Of a stretch of DNA of 64,000 bases, positions 27,491-42,274 are shown piece after piece (the stretch's first letter is position 1; each line of letters begins with the position of its first letter). The notes under the pieces were generated by a model. The model had not been told where the DNA came from and did no database searches. It saw only the letters and a list, made by a program, of their open reading frames with translations. Position numbers and translations under genes: made by a program. This stretch comes from Hydrolagus affinis (taxonomy: Eukaryota), in the NCBI GenBank assembly GCA_012026655.1, contig JAAILG010000836.1, positions 1 through 64,000 of the forward strand, in the 5' to 3' direction.

Positions 27491-27739
27491 TATTCCCATC
27501 CTTGTTTCGAAGCTGTGCAATCTGTGACTGCTGGCCTGCAATCTCACAATTCCAATTTTGATTTTATTTAAACATTAATTGGGTGATATGAAAAATCATA
27601 AATTATATAAATGTAATCATTTTGAGAATATTTTAATATGTTTTATTGTGGTTCATAAATATAATGTAATTGTTACCAATAGATACCAGGGATAAGTGTT
27701 TTGGACATACAGTAAATATGGAGATCCAGAGGAGACTCA

Positions 27740-28130
27740 AGGACCTTATTTTCAAGAGAAGGCTGAGGAGAGGACCTAATAGAGATATTTTAACATTATG
27801 AGGCATTTTGATAAGAGTCAATAAGGAGAAATTATGTCCACTAGTCAATGAGTCAGTGACTAAAGAACATCAATTTAAAATATTTAGCAAAAGAGAAACT
27901 TTTGAGTTTTTTTTACCAAATTGTTAGATATGGAATGTCCTGCTGTGTGCAGTGGTCAAGCAGAAGCCTTATTAACTTGAAGAGAGAGCAAGATAGATTA
28001 TCAAAAACGAGCAATATGCAGAGGTATAGAAGAAAGGCAGGTGAACAGGACTGAAAGGATTGTTCTTTCAAAGAACCAAACCAGGAATGATAGAACAAAT
28101 AACCGTCTTCTGGGCTGTAACATTCTATGT
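27740..28130 (+). mobile_element. Degenerate CR1 LINE 3' end
   Basis: gagaaggctgaggagaggacctaatagagatattt...ttttgataagagtcaataaggagaaattat...gtggtcaagcaga. Confidence 0.6.
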
Positions 28131-30654
28131 GTGAAATTATCCATATTTCATAATTTGCTTGATGTGAGGTTTGTCATATTATTAAACATTGTGAAATGCT
28201 GCTAATTTCAGTCTGTGATCCTTAAATATGTGTTAATTTTCATAAAGTGTACTATTTAATAATTTTGTAGTTCAGGTATTTAGGTTTGATTTCATTTCAA
28301 TGTGACTTGACATTATAAGCTTATTGAGAATTAATAACAGACTGCTTACTTTGCAAGACCATACTGAACAGATTAAAGTCACTGAGTAGGGTAAGCAGCC
28401 AGGCTTCAGAGAAGGTCAAAACCTGGGTGTTCTCCCAACTGAGTAGGAGGAAATTGAGCAGCATGGCATGGCCACTGTATTTCTGCAAGTTGGTTAGTGT
28501 AGTATTAAAACGGGGTGGAGTCACAGTAATAATATATTATATTAATATATATTAGTAAGTCATACATTATTTCAGGTGTGGATAAAACTAAATATAAAAT
28601 ATGAATGCAGAACAGTGGTGTTAAACAACAATTTTTATTTTAAAAAAGCAAAAATGATCAGAATTGTGTGCTGTACCTGGAGTGATGATGTAGCATTTCA
28701 TGCAATCTTAATTGACTGAATCCATACAGAAAGTTAGCTACTGAAATATACTTACTTATTTCATATCAAATGCCAACCAAAGTCTCATGTTGGGTAAGAG
28801 TTGCCTGACACTTTGAATGCATCTGCCATGCTGTACTAACATGCCATCTGGTTAATTGATTTACATTTAGTGTTACAATATTTTAAACAGCACATCCTTA
28901 CTTTCCATGAACAAAAGAATGTAGATGCAGGAATTTGTAGCATTTCAGAATTAGCATTTGAGACATTACTGTTTGCATCTCATATTGATAAATAATGAAA
29001 ACAACAATGCTTGTATTTGATACAGTGCCTTATTGCATCAACAAAGTCTCAAAAGTACTGCACAAGATTTGCTGCGAAGTGCAGTGACTGTGTATTTTGT
29101 AGCCAAAGTGCCCCTTTACTGCTGAAGCAAAAATTGTGCAACATTATACAGTAGTTTGATATAGTTGGAGCACTACTCTTATTGGTGTGCCATCCCATAA
29201 ACCAGCAGGTAACATACATTCATTTACCCTTCTCTTAAAGCATAAAGGTTTGATATCCAAATGTTCATAAAGTTGAATAGTGAAAGGTTGCAGGTCAGAA
29301 AAGACTATTTGCTTTTAGTCCAATAATTGTCATTTTCTCATAACCATCTATGTATTGGAGAAGACAGTTGGGGGGAAACAACCTATCATTATTAGAGTTA
29401 AAGTTTGTCTGTGGCATCAGACACTATTTGCAATTAGTGGAGAAGTACCAGTTCTGGTTTGCATACTTGAGTTCATTGAGCACAGGGACATGAATAGCAA
29501 TGAGCATGTAATGGATGGTGCCAAGCAGAAAAGGCATAACTGGCACTCCATAGGGCTCTTGAATTATCCTCTATTAACAAACTTAATTGTAGGGAATGTC
29601 TGGGAAACTCTTGAGATTGTGAAAGACAGCTTTACTACAGTGACCCACTCAAAGAAATGGAGCAAAATGGGATAAGTTCCAATTTTATGCCTAAAATTTT
29701 TTAAAAAAACTAACTTGACTTGTGAGTGTTTTGTCCTATCTCTATAGAGAGTTGTAATTTATAGTGTGCCTTCATTATGCTGGAAAGCTGATTAAATAGT
29801 ACGTCCACCACTCCATCGTAAACCACCCAAGAATATTAATTATAATCATTATCATTTTCATTCCATGCATTCTTTCACATTGATCATAACGTAATATCTA
29901 TTTGAAGACTGAAAGGACCAAGAGCTACAGGAAATGCCATAATTGGGATAGTTCAAAGGATTTACTCTGTCATGAGACTGTTCATGACAGTTAGACTGCT
30001 CTTCATACACAAATTAATTGTTCTGTTCTATTCTGTCCAATTCCTTCTGGTCTACACCATTCCGCCATTGACAGGGACTAAAGGAAGCTTCTGGCAGTGG
30101 CACTCCTTGTTGACTAGCTAAGAAGTTAGACTGGAGCAACCAGGGTGCAACATGTACTGATGTGTCCTCACTTGCATCTATTCTTAACTCATGGCTGAAA
30201 TCCAAATTGCATGTACTATATTTCATGTTCAATAGACATAGCACTGTACATTGGGGGAACCAAATAAACTGACCACAATTTACGCTGTGTTTAAAATTTG
30301 CTGCACTTATTTGTATTTCTAAGCAATAAAGTGGCTTAAGATTTTGAGACTTAGCACTAAATCTGGCCTGTCTTTACATTTTGTAAAATCTAAACTGGGT
30401 GCTAAATAGAACAACCTTTACGATGTGCATTGGATTTTGCTTTGTGTGTCTCCATCCAGTCAAAGGAGTGTCACCACCAGTTCATGAAAGTCACATTGAC
30501 ATTAAAATGTTTTGTTTTGCATTTTTGAAAGTGGAGCTTTTCTCATTTTGTTAACCGAACACAGAATTTTTTTTCTATATTTACATTGTTATTAGATCCA
30601 AGCATAGAACCCTCTATATTGATTATGCTAACTGGTGTACACTGTGGCAAACTG

Positions 30655-31085
30655 ACAAAATTACATTTATAGAGTGCCTTTCACATCGGGAGGACCTTCC
30701 AAGGCACTGGACAGTCAGTATTCCGTACCTGAACTGTGGTCGGGATCAGTGGGGAGGGAGGACGGGGTTGTGAAGGGGGGTAACCAGTTGCATGCTTAAA
30801 GAGAAGGGTCTTGAGGTGGGACTAGGAGGGTAGGGTAGGGGCAAAGCGGACAGATTGTGTGATGGAATTCCAGAAGGTTGCGGGCAGAATGGCTGAAAGC
30901 TCACCCGCTGATGGTGGGTGGGGGGATAGGAAGGTTCGGGGCACATGAAGTAGGCTGAGCCCGCTGAGCAAAGGGAACGGACAGGTTTGTAGGGAGTTAG
31001 GAGGGTTGCAGAGATAGGGTGGGGCAAGGCCACTGAAGGCCTTGAAGGTGAGGATCTTGAATTCAATCCTATGTTGCAGTGCAAT
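30655..31085 (-). mobile_element. L2 LINE 3' fragment (RT C-terminus and 3' tail)
   Basis: Minus-strand QHRIEFKILTFKAFSGLAPPYL...PVRSLCSA...FWNSI, with frameshifts. Confidence 0.85.
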
Positions 31086-34000
31086 ATAAACATTTGGATG
31101 TTTCATAAATAGTCATTTGTTGTAAGCGTGGGCAGCGTACATATTGGGAATCACAATAAATTATTCTTGTTTTAGAGTGGATACAATTAGAAATTTTTAA
31201 ACACTTTTTGTCACTGCTCATTCGATTATTTCAACCAAATACAAATAAACAATTATGTGGAACTATTTGCAGTGCTTCACTTTTTGTTTTGGCCCAGTGC
31301 TATTACTGGACAATTCCGAATTGTGGTGCTAGTCGTATTAGCAATATAGGGGTGAAAATTATATTTCATAACATGAAATAAATAAATCTGTTATGAAACA
31401 TAAACATTTTCACCCCATAGAGTGTTTTATTTGTGAAAACAGCTTTGTTTCTTATGAGGTTTCAATTAATAAGCAAATCCCATGTACTATTGAGAGCAAT
31501 ATTGTTTTTGCTTCAACATTTTTCCCTTTGCAATATTTAAATGATGAATCACTATACAGTATTATAATATAGCCCCAAGCATTTCAGAGTGGCTGTGTCT
31601 ATTGCAGTACAAAATGATTAAAAATATATGCAGCTTTTGCTGCAACAGGAGTATATCATGTACCAGTTTCTGAATTTGACATTCAACCGTACTGTCTGAG
31701 GACCAAAATACATTTAAGTATATGTGCTTCCAAAGGAGTGTTATAATGGCTAATTCCCAGGTTAACTATTTACAGTAACAATAGACCTTTGTTGAAATTC
31801 AAACTTGCCCCCCAAAAATCAGCCTTTGCAGTTTGTATATGAGGGTGGTGGATGGTGGGTGTTATTTCTGAACCACTTTTAGGAAGCTGGAGTCGCTACC
31901 AAATAAGCATTTTATTGATGGATCGATATTTGTTCCTATGGAAAAACGAAGGCCCTTACAATCTCCTTCCAGTAATTAATTCCTTGATCATCTCTAGTTT
32001 TTCCATTTAAAACCGCGTTGAGGATTGAGCTCAGATTGGCATGTCGCAATTTATAGAAAAGATAACTGAAAAATTAATTACTGCAATAAAACTCTAAAAG
32101 CATCTTCATGGTTCTCCAGGCATTGATCTCTGGATAAAATCTAATCTTTTTCCATCTGCAACTCCGGTGATAATCTTTATCAGTTTACAAAGGGGACTCT
32201 CATTTACAATTCTACCTCATTATCACAGAGGATTTCACAGTAGCAGATCCCGGGACCGAGCCAGGGGCAGGGGTAGGAAGGTGACCAAAGGCGCGATACG
32301 AGTGAGAAAGGAATATGAAGTTTAGCATCACCCCCTTCATGCTGTTACATTTCTGATAAATAATTCCTGGCTTCTCTGTCTGCATGACTTGTGTGGGATT
32401 GAACCCGCCTCTGCTTTGAATACAAATTGGTGGCTTAAGGTGGAACTGAATTAGTTTGGGTTAATTTTAATCAACTGATTGTAACCGGAAAACAGTGACA
32501 GTAACTACATTCATAATAAACTACTTACTCTTTTTTAATTGCAGTTTTTTAAATCGAATTTTGCAAATAAAATTGTAAACTAATCCTTGTCCTGGTTTAG
32601 AAAAGTCAAAATTGACCCATTGCAGTCTCAGATTTTGAGGATCTTTCACAGATCTGTACATTTGTACACTTAAAGATTTTTTATCTGTATAGTGGTATAT
32701 TTATCTTGTTAAATTGCCACGGTCTAGATAACTTAATTATTCATGAAGTTTTTATTAAGACTTTATATTGTGTACTGATCATTAGCTTGTGACTTTGAGG
32801 TAAATCATGATCCTTAGTATTGATTATTACTTTGAAGGATAGAAAGGTATTTTGTCAGTGTATGTTTCTTTTAATGTCATAAATTTCTGATGCTTTGTGA
32901 ACCATTACGTTCGTCATATAAACGTCTTGCTCTCTGACCCCATTTTGTACTCCCACGAGCCCCATTGTTCTTTTCTAAATCCAGTCTTTGGTTCTGTTAG
33001 ACACTCTCTCTGCATTAACTTACCGTCAGTTTCCACAGTAACTCAACTCTGTTCTATACCATCTATGCTCTTGACATCTGCATTTTCATGTGCCTCCCCT
33101 CCCCCCCAACACTAAATATGTGCCACTTTCTGAGCCCACACTCTTTACATTCTGCTGTATATGAAAGCAGTGGCCAAATACTCATATAAAACACTAACCC
33201 ATGTTAGCATACATCAATTTTAAAACTTAAATCCCTGTGTAAAGCCTTTGTTATGCGAACAATGTATGACTGGTTGTGAATAGATCTTTCTTCTAAGTTG
33301 CCTGAGGAAATTAAACAAGGAGAAAGAAGCGAAACACCAAGAGAAAAAAAATGATGGTTCATTGAACATTCTTGGACCATCCATTGAACTGCTTAAGACC
33401 TTTCAAAGGCCAAGGTTTTAATCAATAGCGGGGGAGAAGGCAGCATAAATTCCCCTGTTGTGTTTGCTCTGCACGACATGTGAAATAAATGACTCCTAAA
33501 ATAACATACTCCAGAGCAACACTGCAGTCCAAAATGACAAGAAAGAGTGAAATGAAGAAGTCCCTCTTGATCTCATTCTTTCAGAATACCAATCCAGTTG
33601 GCTTCCAATTACAGCATTAACTTGTCTTTTAATGAGCCCGGTCTCAAGCACACTACCAAATATCCAGCTTTTTGTTGATGACCTTTTCTTTAAAATATAT
33701 TGTTACATTATTACCATTTAAAAAAAAAGTCATAATCAAACCATTTATTGACTGAAAAGCTACCCAAAGAAACTCTAGATGTCTGGCATTGTTGCATTGC
33801 TGCACGCAATAAGAAAAGCTTTCAGCCGCTCTTTTACATCAACTCCTTATGACTCTTTTGAGTTTGTGAAATCGCTAGGTGAGAAAGTGCATTGCCCATC
33901 TTTTTACCAATTTAATGTCGAATAAATTAGTTTGCATTCTCAGGTGATGAGTTTGTTTGGTGAGGTTACATCAAAGGATTTATTCTTCATTTGTTGATAT

Positions 34001-34577
34001 ACTGTACAACTTGCACATATTTGAGGTTGAATGCATCTCTTAATTTCTATTTTTCTACATTACACTTCCTGTGCCACAAAAAAAATTCCTGGTGAATCTT
34101 GTGCAAGAAAAAAAACATTGTTGCAAGTATGTTTTATATGAATGATGTTAGAGGCATATATCACATGTTGGGGAACTGGAAGAAAAGAAATTGGCAAATC
34201 TGTGATCCAATGTTAAGTTTACAAAACTGTTTGGAATGTGAAAAAGACTATTTGTTAAATCTATTGTTTACAAATTTCACTTGCATGGAATTTGCTATTT
34301 AATTAATCTCCTAAAGCAAAGATCTCCATAAATGTTCCCTGATAACTAAACATAATCAAAGTGTCCCTCAGAATATTTCAGTTTTAACACCTCCCAGTAA
34401 CCAATTTTTGCTCCCTGCCAACTTGCTCTCTTTCTCTCTTGTTCCCAATGCAGACCAGGAGCACAGTCCTATGACATATTTGACCATCTCAATCTCTACA
34501 TCATATATAAATGTACAGTACAGATATCTCTGACTTGAGATCGTTAATCATAAATCGTACGTCAGCACAGAAGGTGA

Positions 34578-34677
34578 NNNNNNNNNNNNNNNNNNNNNNN
34601 NNNNNNNNNNNNNNNNNNNNNNNNNNNNNNNNNNNNNNNNNNNNNNNNNNNNNNNNNNNNNNNNNNNNNNNNNNNNN
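34578..34677. other. Assembly gap (100 N)
   Basis: Run of N at the start of a young L2 copy. Confidence 1.
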
Positions 34678-35002
34678 AGGACTCGGCCTGCTCCAAGCCC
34701 CCCGCCCGAACCGCCCCACCATCGGAGGCCGGGCCTTCAGTTTCTCCGCTCCCACCCTATGGAACTCTATCCCCCAATCCCTTCGTCTCGTTTCTTCCCT
34801 TTCCTCTTTCAAGGCCGGTTTGAAGACTTTCCTCTTCGACCATGCCTTCTGTTCCCCCCCGAATTTTTCAACCTCCCCTTCGTGTTTCACCCCCGCCCAA
34901 ACATTCCCCTCCCAGCTCGGGTCACACTCCCCCTGTGCAACGCCTTGGGACGTCCTCCCAACGTGAAAGGCGCTCTATAAATGTAATTTGTTGTTGTTGT
35001 TA
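34678..35002 (+). mobile_element. Young L2 LINE 3' end
   Basis: GLLQAPRPNRPTIGGRAFSFSAPTLWNSIPQSLRLVSSLSSFKAGLKTFLFDHAF; tail gcgctctataaatgtaattt(gtt)n; CpG-rich. Confidence 0.9.
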
Positions 35003-36739
35003 TTGGCCTACTGTGCCTGTGCGTATTCATTTGTAGAGATTTTTGATTTCAGGAATTTAATAGGTTTGGGGTTAATATTACGAGGGCTTTGTCAGCTGTA
35101 GTAAATGTTGGATTGTACTATAAGCACTGGAGCTGTGTCCCTCTTGGATGGTGAGCATTGCGGTTTCGTCTACCAGGAGGCATCACCTTGTGGGGTTGAG
35201 CCAAGATAATGGCTCCAGAGCTCAATTATAAATGAGGCACAGCAAGTCCTTTCCTTTCTTCATACCAGCCCAAGGTTGCTGTGTGGGTGTCATTTTGCAA
35301 ACCGTGGGAAGTGTTTTGAGAACAGATTCACTCCTGATGAGTATTTTATTCCCTTTGTACACCACCAATTGTGTTGTACAGTACCAGAAATGGAAAGTTT
35401 GAGGCAGATTGAATGCAGAACTCCACCAAGGTCGGATGACATTGGGCTTTCATGAAACTTGTAACCCAAAGTGTTTTTTTAAAAAAAGTTCTTCAAATAA
35501 ATTTGAGTTTGATGTTACAATTTATCCACAGTGAGCTCTAGTTTGCATAGTTCGGAGAAAATAAACAAACAATTGTAAATAGTGAATGCCAGATATGTTG
35601 TGGTCAACCTACTAAATCTCCACTCTGATATTGAGTCTGTGAAGTTGGTGTCCAAATGATGTTTCAGAGTATTGGTTGTCACACAATACACTGGAATTCA
35701 CTATTTACACATTATTTTGTGAACACTGCACATTAACAACAACAACTCGCATTTACAGTATATAGCGCCCTTCACGCCAAACGGCATCGCAGAAGAAAGG
35801 AAATGAGTGATGCTGCCATCATGCATACAGAGGATTTAATTTGCCAGTTGTGCTAACTATGTGTAAACATATATACAGGGGTTTTATAAGACCTTTTAAT
35901 TATGTACATAACAAAAACTGAAAAGGATTACAGTATCAGCTCTTAAACTATTCGCTGGTTGTTAATTTTTATAATTAACCTCAATTGTAATTCGATAAAA
36001 AATTTAAATATAAAAATAAGAGCACCTGTGATTTCCTCTTTGCACATGGTTAGCACACAATCACACCAGAGATTAGATCTCAACTAGCCTTGTGGTCATC
36101 TCTTTCCAGTGGTTGGTAAAAGTTATGGAAAGAGAATACAAAAGATTGTCTTAACAAAGCCATGAATTTGACTGAGGCTCATCCAATGAATCAGTGATCA
36201 CAAGCCAAACAGACAAACTATTTCAATCTATCCTGATGATTAAATTGTGATAGACTTTCACTCCATTCAAAATCTGCTTCTGGAGATCAGCTGTACATCA
36301 AAATCCACTATCCTCTAAGATGTTTAAGTGCTCCCAAATTATTAATAATGGAAAAGTATAGTTTTCTCAATAAATTACATATTGCATGTGTCTTACTTGT
36401 TCCTCTGAAATATATACTCTGTGTATCATAATTAGAGGAACAGCAGTTACGGACAAGAGAAGAGCATTGTTTGTGAGAAGAGAAAACTCACAACAGTAAA
36501 TAGTGAACTGTAGAAGTGGCTACACTCACAAGCAATAAGATTATGTAATGGTACTGTATAGTATGATTCAAATCACTACAGTCACCGTGCATTGGCACTC
36601 AGCAACAATTATTTCTTACTTGTTTCTGCAGAAATCAGTGCTGCTGTTTTTTGAGAATCATTGATTGAGAGTTGTGCATTGCTGTATTGACAGAGTGTGG
36701 CACTTTGATGTCTGATAGTTTCCCGTTGTTTGCTGATTA

Positions 36740-37112
36740 TGTCCTGGTCCTTACTTTCAAGACCCTCCACAGCCTTGCCCCCTCCTACCTCTCTGACCCC
36801 ATCAACCTGTCTACTCCCTCTCTTCAGCAGGCTCCAGCCTGCTTCATATCTCCCTCCCAACCCACCTTCCATCAGCGGCCGGGCTTCAGGCTCTCTGCCC
36901 CCATTCTTTGGAGCTCCATCCCACAATCCCTTTGCCTTGCTCTCTTCCTTGCCTCGACTCAAGGTCTTCATTTTTGACCATGCCTTCAACTGCCCTCCTA
37001 CGACTCTACCCTCCCTCATCCACCCCTGCCCCTTACGCTCAGGTCTTGATCCCGAATAGTGGAGTGCCTTGGGATGTCCTCCCGACCCGAAACGTAATTT
37101 TACTGTTGTTGT
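36740..37112 (+). mobile_element. L2 LINE 3' fragment
   Basis: VLTFKTLHSLAPSYLSD...ISGRA...LWSSIPQSL...LKVFIFDHAF across frameshifts. Confidence 0.85.
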
Positions 37113-40100
37113 ACGTGGTAACAGTAAAAAGTCTTACTTTCCTTGTGACAGATTTACCGTGACTTATATTTGCAGTGTTAGATGTTGCATAAATTTCCCA
37201 ATTTGTCTAGATGATTGTGAATAAGGTCACTTGTGCGCTTAAGGAAAATTGGTGAAAAGAACTTGGTGTATGGAATTTTCCCCATTTTCAACCAAACTTG
37301 AACAAAGTGCTCCATATTGCTCCATTTTGAGTCTACTCCAAAAATCCTGAACTTCAATCCATTCAAAACATGGATTGTAGTTGATGTTATTGCACTTGTT
37401 AGTTGATCTCTGCAATATTTTTCCAATCAAAACAATCCACTTTCTGGTGTGGTGCCAGAGTTGAGCTTGAGTCACAGCACCAAAGGCTGGTGACTCAGTA
37501 AACAGATAGCTAAATATGGTGATCTATTGGGAATCCAGAGCCTGGAGGTCTGATGAAAGTGATGGATTGTGTCTGAATCTTGACAGTCAGTGAAGATGTA
37601 TGTTCTAGTTTACTATTTGATGTCATAAATGTACCCTCCCACATACAGTGCAGTGCTTACATTATCGCATTATAGTGCTATTTTGTTGCAGCTGATGCAC
37701 AGTAACAACCCTTGGAGATCACTTTGTATTTTGGATGTTTCTTATAGTTCATGTACTTTTTTCCAGTAATCAATTGAGCGGATTGTTTCAAATAATAATT
37801 TATATATATATATAACATATGAATTATATTTATATTAATAAATATATTAACTAATTATTGATTGATGAGTTGCAAGATTTCTTAAGGGTCCCAAATGTTA
37901 ATTTTGATTGATTTTGTTATTATTGATGGATTCAGCTCTTTCAATGACTGAGTGAATAGCTGAGCCAAAAAGATGTATTCTATTCCCTTGTTTGTGCTGA
38001 ATTATTTAATCTAAAACAGAATAAAATCTTTTGTACTGATTATTATAGGACAGTTTTTTTTAATCAACCAGTGGCTAAATAAAGTAAATATTTTTGTCAT
38101 TTATATTCTCACTTTCAGATTTAATACTGAAATGCTGTTTGGGTCAATTATATACAATTAAGGGGTCATTCATCCAAAACAAGAATACCTTGAATATGTC
38201 AGAGGTTAGATGCCACATTGACTCCAACCAAGAGTGATTTGAAAAAACCTTCAGAAACATGAAAACAGATAAAGTTAGGATATGGAAACTACCACCAATC
38301 GGATTGCAATAAATGGGTGTGTGCAAGGTTATTGTGTGGTTGAATTAAGACCTAGCTTTACATAGGACAGATAACACCTTTGGCTTTATCCTTCAATTAT
38401 CAAAGCCATCCTTATGTTTGTAGAAGAGTACATCCATGAGTTCATTATTACTCTTAGAAGACATGAAAAGCGCAATATCAAGTGCAAATATTATTATTAC
38501 CTACAATCTGGCACCTTGAGAAGTGGGGATTGAATCCAACAGTCTGCAATGGATTCAATCAAACTAATTAAATTTTAACTGCTTTAATCAGGGTAAAATC
38601 CCTACAGCACTTCCATTCTAAATCTGATTTTTTAAATAGATAACAATAATAATCCTTGTATTTGATAATAGCACCTCATCACATTGGAAGGATGTTTTGA
38701 AATGCTCCAGAGGATTTACTATGAAATTCTTGGGCAAATTAGTTACAGGGCAGGTGTGTTCGGATGTGTAAAAATATACAGGGCCTCTTGTCTCACGTTT
38801 CATTTTAGTGTCAAAGGATTAAAATAGGCTGATGGCCGCATGAAAATCACCTCGATGCAAATATAATCTCCGAATGCTCAAAACACTGCAATTTTTACAG
38901 TCAGTAACAAGCTACATTTTTTTTCTGGTTATTAAAATTCCAGAGATGAGAAGCTCGCTATTTCTCTGACTAAACCAATGGTCATGGGTTATACAACACA
39001 TGCAAACACTTGTGAGCAATTTTTAAAATCTGTTTGATTTGTAAGGTTGTTTACTGCATCAATAGATATGCGGATTAGCTGGTTGCTACATTTTTTTTCC
39101 ATCTCCTGAAGGCAGTCACCCAATTGGCCATTCTTGAAGTGTGCATCTAACAGGGTGACTAGTTAAAGATAAAACAGTAGGGTTTGCTCTCACAATTGTC
39201 TCTTGCCTGTAAGAGGCACTCTTTTAAGATTGCTAACAAAAACTTCACAAAAGCATGAGATTGCAACAAAGCAGAAATTTGCCTCTTGTGAATCCACCTC
39301 CTCCATCTGCCTCTGGCTAAACTTTGAGACCCATGAAAACAGAAGTGGATTAAGCTTCATTGTTATAGATCCTCAAACAACTGTGTAATTGGAGACCTTG
39401 TGGCATTAAGTATTTTGCCTGGGTTGCACAGAGCAATTCAAAGTACAATTGACCTTTTGATCAGTCCATAAAATGACCAATAGGCCATTTCAGGGGTCAG
39501 CAAACAGATGTTTTTTGTTCTGCTGTGAAAAGTGTAAGCAGTAAAACAAATTGGACAAGTGTTCTCAATACAACAGGATTGAAAGAGTTTCAAGAACACA
39601 GCCCGTCCTTGTATTAGCAATGTTACTTCTCTTCGGGTGATTAAAATCAGTTGTGTCAAACAGATCGAAACAATATTTTAAAATCAGGTTTAGGATCTGT
39701 AAACAATGGTTGGGAATAGATTTATATGTTTCAACTTTTTAGTGCAATGTTTGATTTAATTAACATTAATGTGTAAAAAGGGGAAAACAAAGAAAAGAAA
39801 AATACAAATATTAAAATGTGGCACAAAGGATATTAACATCACACCATATAGTGTGGAACAAGAATAGTGCAACAATAACAAACCATTGAGGCAAGTATCT
39901 GAAGTAAGAGTTATCAATGTAGATAGCAAGGCTAGAATGATTGTGGTGAAGGTTTCTAAAGGGCTAAGCGGAGAAGAACTATAAGAGGTCTATTCAGGAC
40001 CTGTAGTGGCATAGTTGCTTGGGACAGAGAGAGAGAGAGTAAACCATGGAGGCCATTATCTTCCCAGCTCCTCACATCCTGAAATGACGAGCACTAACCC

Positions 40101-40461
40101 ACAAGTAGGAGGGCAAGCTGTGACCTGCTCTTAGACCTCTGTTTCTGCTGTTATGAGCCAACTGCTAGGAGGTCTATGAGAATGACCTTATACAATTCAT
40201 TTCCTTGTGGGAAATCTCTGAACAGTTCTTTACTTTGGTGCACAGCTGGGTTGTAACCTCCTTGAAGAAGGAATCAAACATGTGAACCATACTTTGTGTG
40301 TCTTCGCATTCTGTAGGTGCTAGAATAGGTTTTGATACATCTGCCAAATGCTTTATAGATCTTCCAAGTGATTCAGCATATTCTGAGACCTAACTTATTT
40401 AATGTATAATTTTTACATTGGGATACTTGGGAGCGTCTGAATTCTGCATTAACGGCTCTTA

Positions 40462-40632
40462 ATGTGGTCATCTCAATCCAGGACTGTTGGTGGTACACTG
40501 CTGTGCGCAATTGGGTGCCACGTTTCACCCACACAATATACAGTCAATTCACTTTACAGTATATTCTGTGAAGCGCTTTGAGACATCTAGAATACGTGAA
40601 AACCGCCATATCCAATGCAAGGATTATTATTC
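40462..40632 (+). mobile_element. SINE 3' half
   Basis: Homologous to 57150-57325. Confidence 0.8.
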
Positions 40633-40782
40633 TAATTGTGCTACCAGCATGCCGCGTGTCATTCATTCCTTGACACACATCTCTTTTCACTTTGGTAAGT
40701 TGCAAGGCATGTCGCAGCTATGCTCAGTGTGGCTCTACATTATCACTTTGAGCCACATTGTAATTGAACCCAGATGGAGTAA

Positions 40783-40940
40783 GCATAGAATCATAGAATT
40801 ATACGGCACAAAAGGAGGCCATTCGGCCCATCTAGTCTGTGCTGGCTCTTTGAACAAAGCAACTCAATCCCACCGCCCAGCTTTCTCCCCATAACCTAAC
40901 AGACCCGTTCTTCCTAAATAAAGATCTAGTTCCCTTTTAA
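40783..40940 (-). mobile_element. CR1-type 3' tail
   Basis: catagaatcatagaatt...ggaggccattcggcccatc is the reverse complement of the CR1 terminal hairpin and octamer repeat. Confidence 0.7.
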
Positions 40941-41131
40941 AAAAACATTATTGCATTATTGCGGCAAAGCGTCAAAAGAAAAACGCTGCATTCTGTGATA
41001 GAATTGTTTTCGGTGCAGGTGTAGCCAATGCTCTGTTGAGATCCATGTCGGGGCCCACATCTAGATATCACATACTCAGGTGTTTTAATACATAGAGCAT
41101 TGCATTTAGTCTCATTTGCCAAGGAATATGT

Positions 41132-41300
41132 TAATAATAATAATAATCCTTGCTTTGATGTAGCTCCTTATCACATCTTCGAGACTTCTCAAAGCCCTTC
41201 ACAGAATATACTGCAAAGTGTATTGACTGTATATTTTGTGGGACAAAATGCAGCAGCCAATTGCGCTCAGCAGTGTCCCACACACAGTCCTGGATTAAAT
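41132..41300 (-). mobile_element. SINE 3' half
   Basis: (taa)n ccttgctttgatgtagc...ttcacagaatatactg...gtgtcccacacacagtcctggatt. Confidence 0.8.
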
Positions 41301-42274
41301 GTTGGCATTTTATCGGTTACATTTCCTGTTTTCTCTGTATTACATTGTTCTACATTACAGTATTTCACATTTATTGCGCCGCTAACTAATATTTCTATTC
41401 ATACCATGAAACCCAACACCCCTGAAGGGCTAGACTCATGATTCATTAGCATATCTTGAACGTTTGTTGATAACTGAGGTGCACACTGCTCTCTGCATAT
41501 TCAGTGCAATCATAGCAAATGCATAATACAAAGGCCTGGAAATTTCCTTTCTCTTTTCTTCCTGTTCTACCCAGCTATAAAGCCTGGCAAAAATCAATGT
41601 GTCTGGATGCTTCCTCAGTGTAACATTTATTGATGGAGCCTAAAAGCTTATGAGCACACATTCCTAAATTATGAGCACATATGCCATAATTTTAGTGTAA
41701 GATCTCTGGCTACGTAATAGATTTTCTGAAAAGTGCAAAAATAGCTAAAAAAAATTACAGACTAGTAATCATAAACAGTGTTATATATTTCAAATTACTT
41801 TCTTTTTCGCCCGTGTGCCGGGAGGGTATAGGTGTATCTAATCCGTTTAATCTGCCAAGCATCCTGTAAGGTTAGCAGACATGATCACTTCTCAATTTGT
41901 GAATCTCATGGGCATCAATGCACTGACATTGTAGTAAGTGTCTGTTCTTTCCTCCTCTAATTATCATATTCACCAGACTGCAGACAGTGGAAGGTCAAGA
42001 GTTTCACTTTACTTCATGACCTTGGCTAGAATTCTATCATCCAATGAAAGTCAAGGAAGCAGATGATAATTGGAAAGGGAAAGCTGTAGATAGAATGCTA
42101 AGCTATCTGCGGCTTTCATATTCTGCATTTGAAATTGATGCAAGCCACCACCGTTTGAATTCAGGCAGTAGTTATAATGATCATTCCATGGTTGCAGGAC
42201 ATGATCGGCACTGCATATACAATGATTTGGGCAATGCAGCGGGAATTCAGGAGTAAATAAATAATTATAATGCT

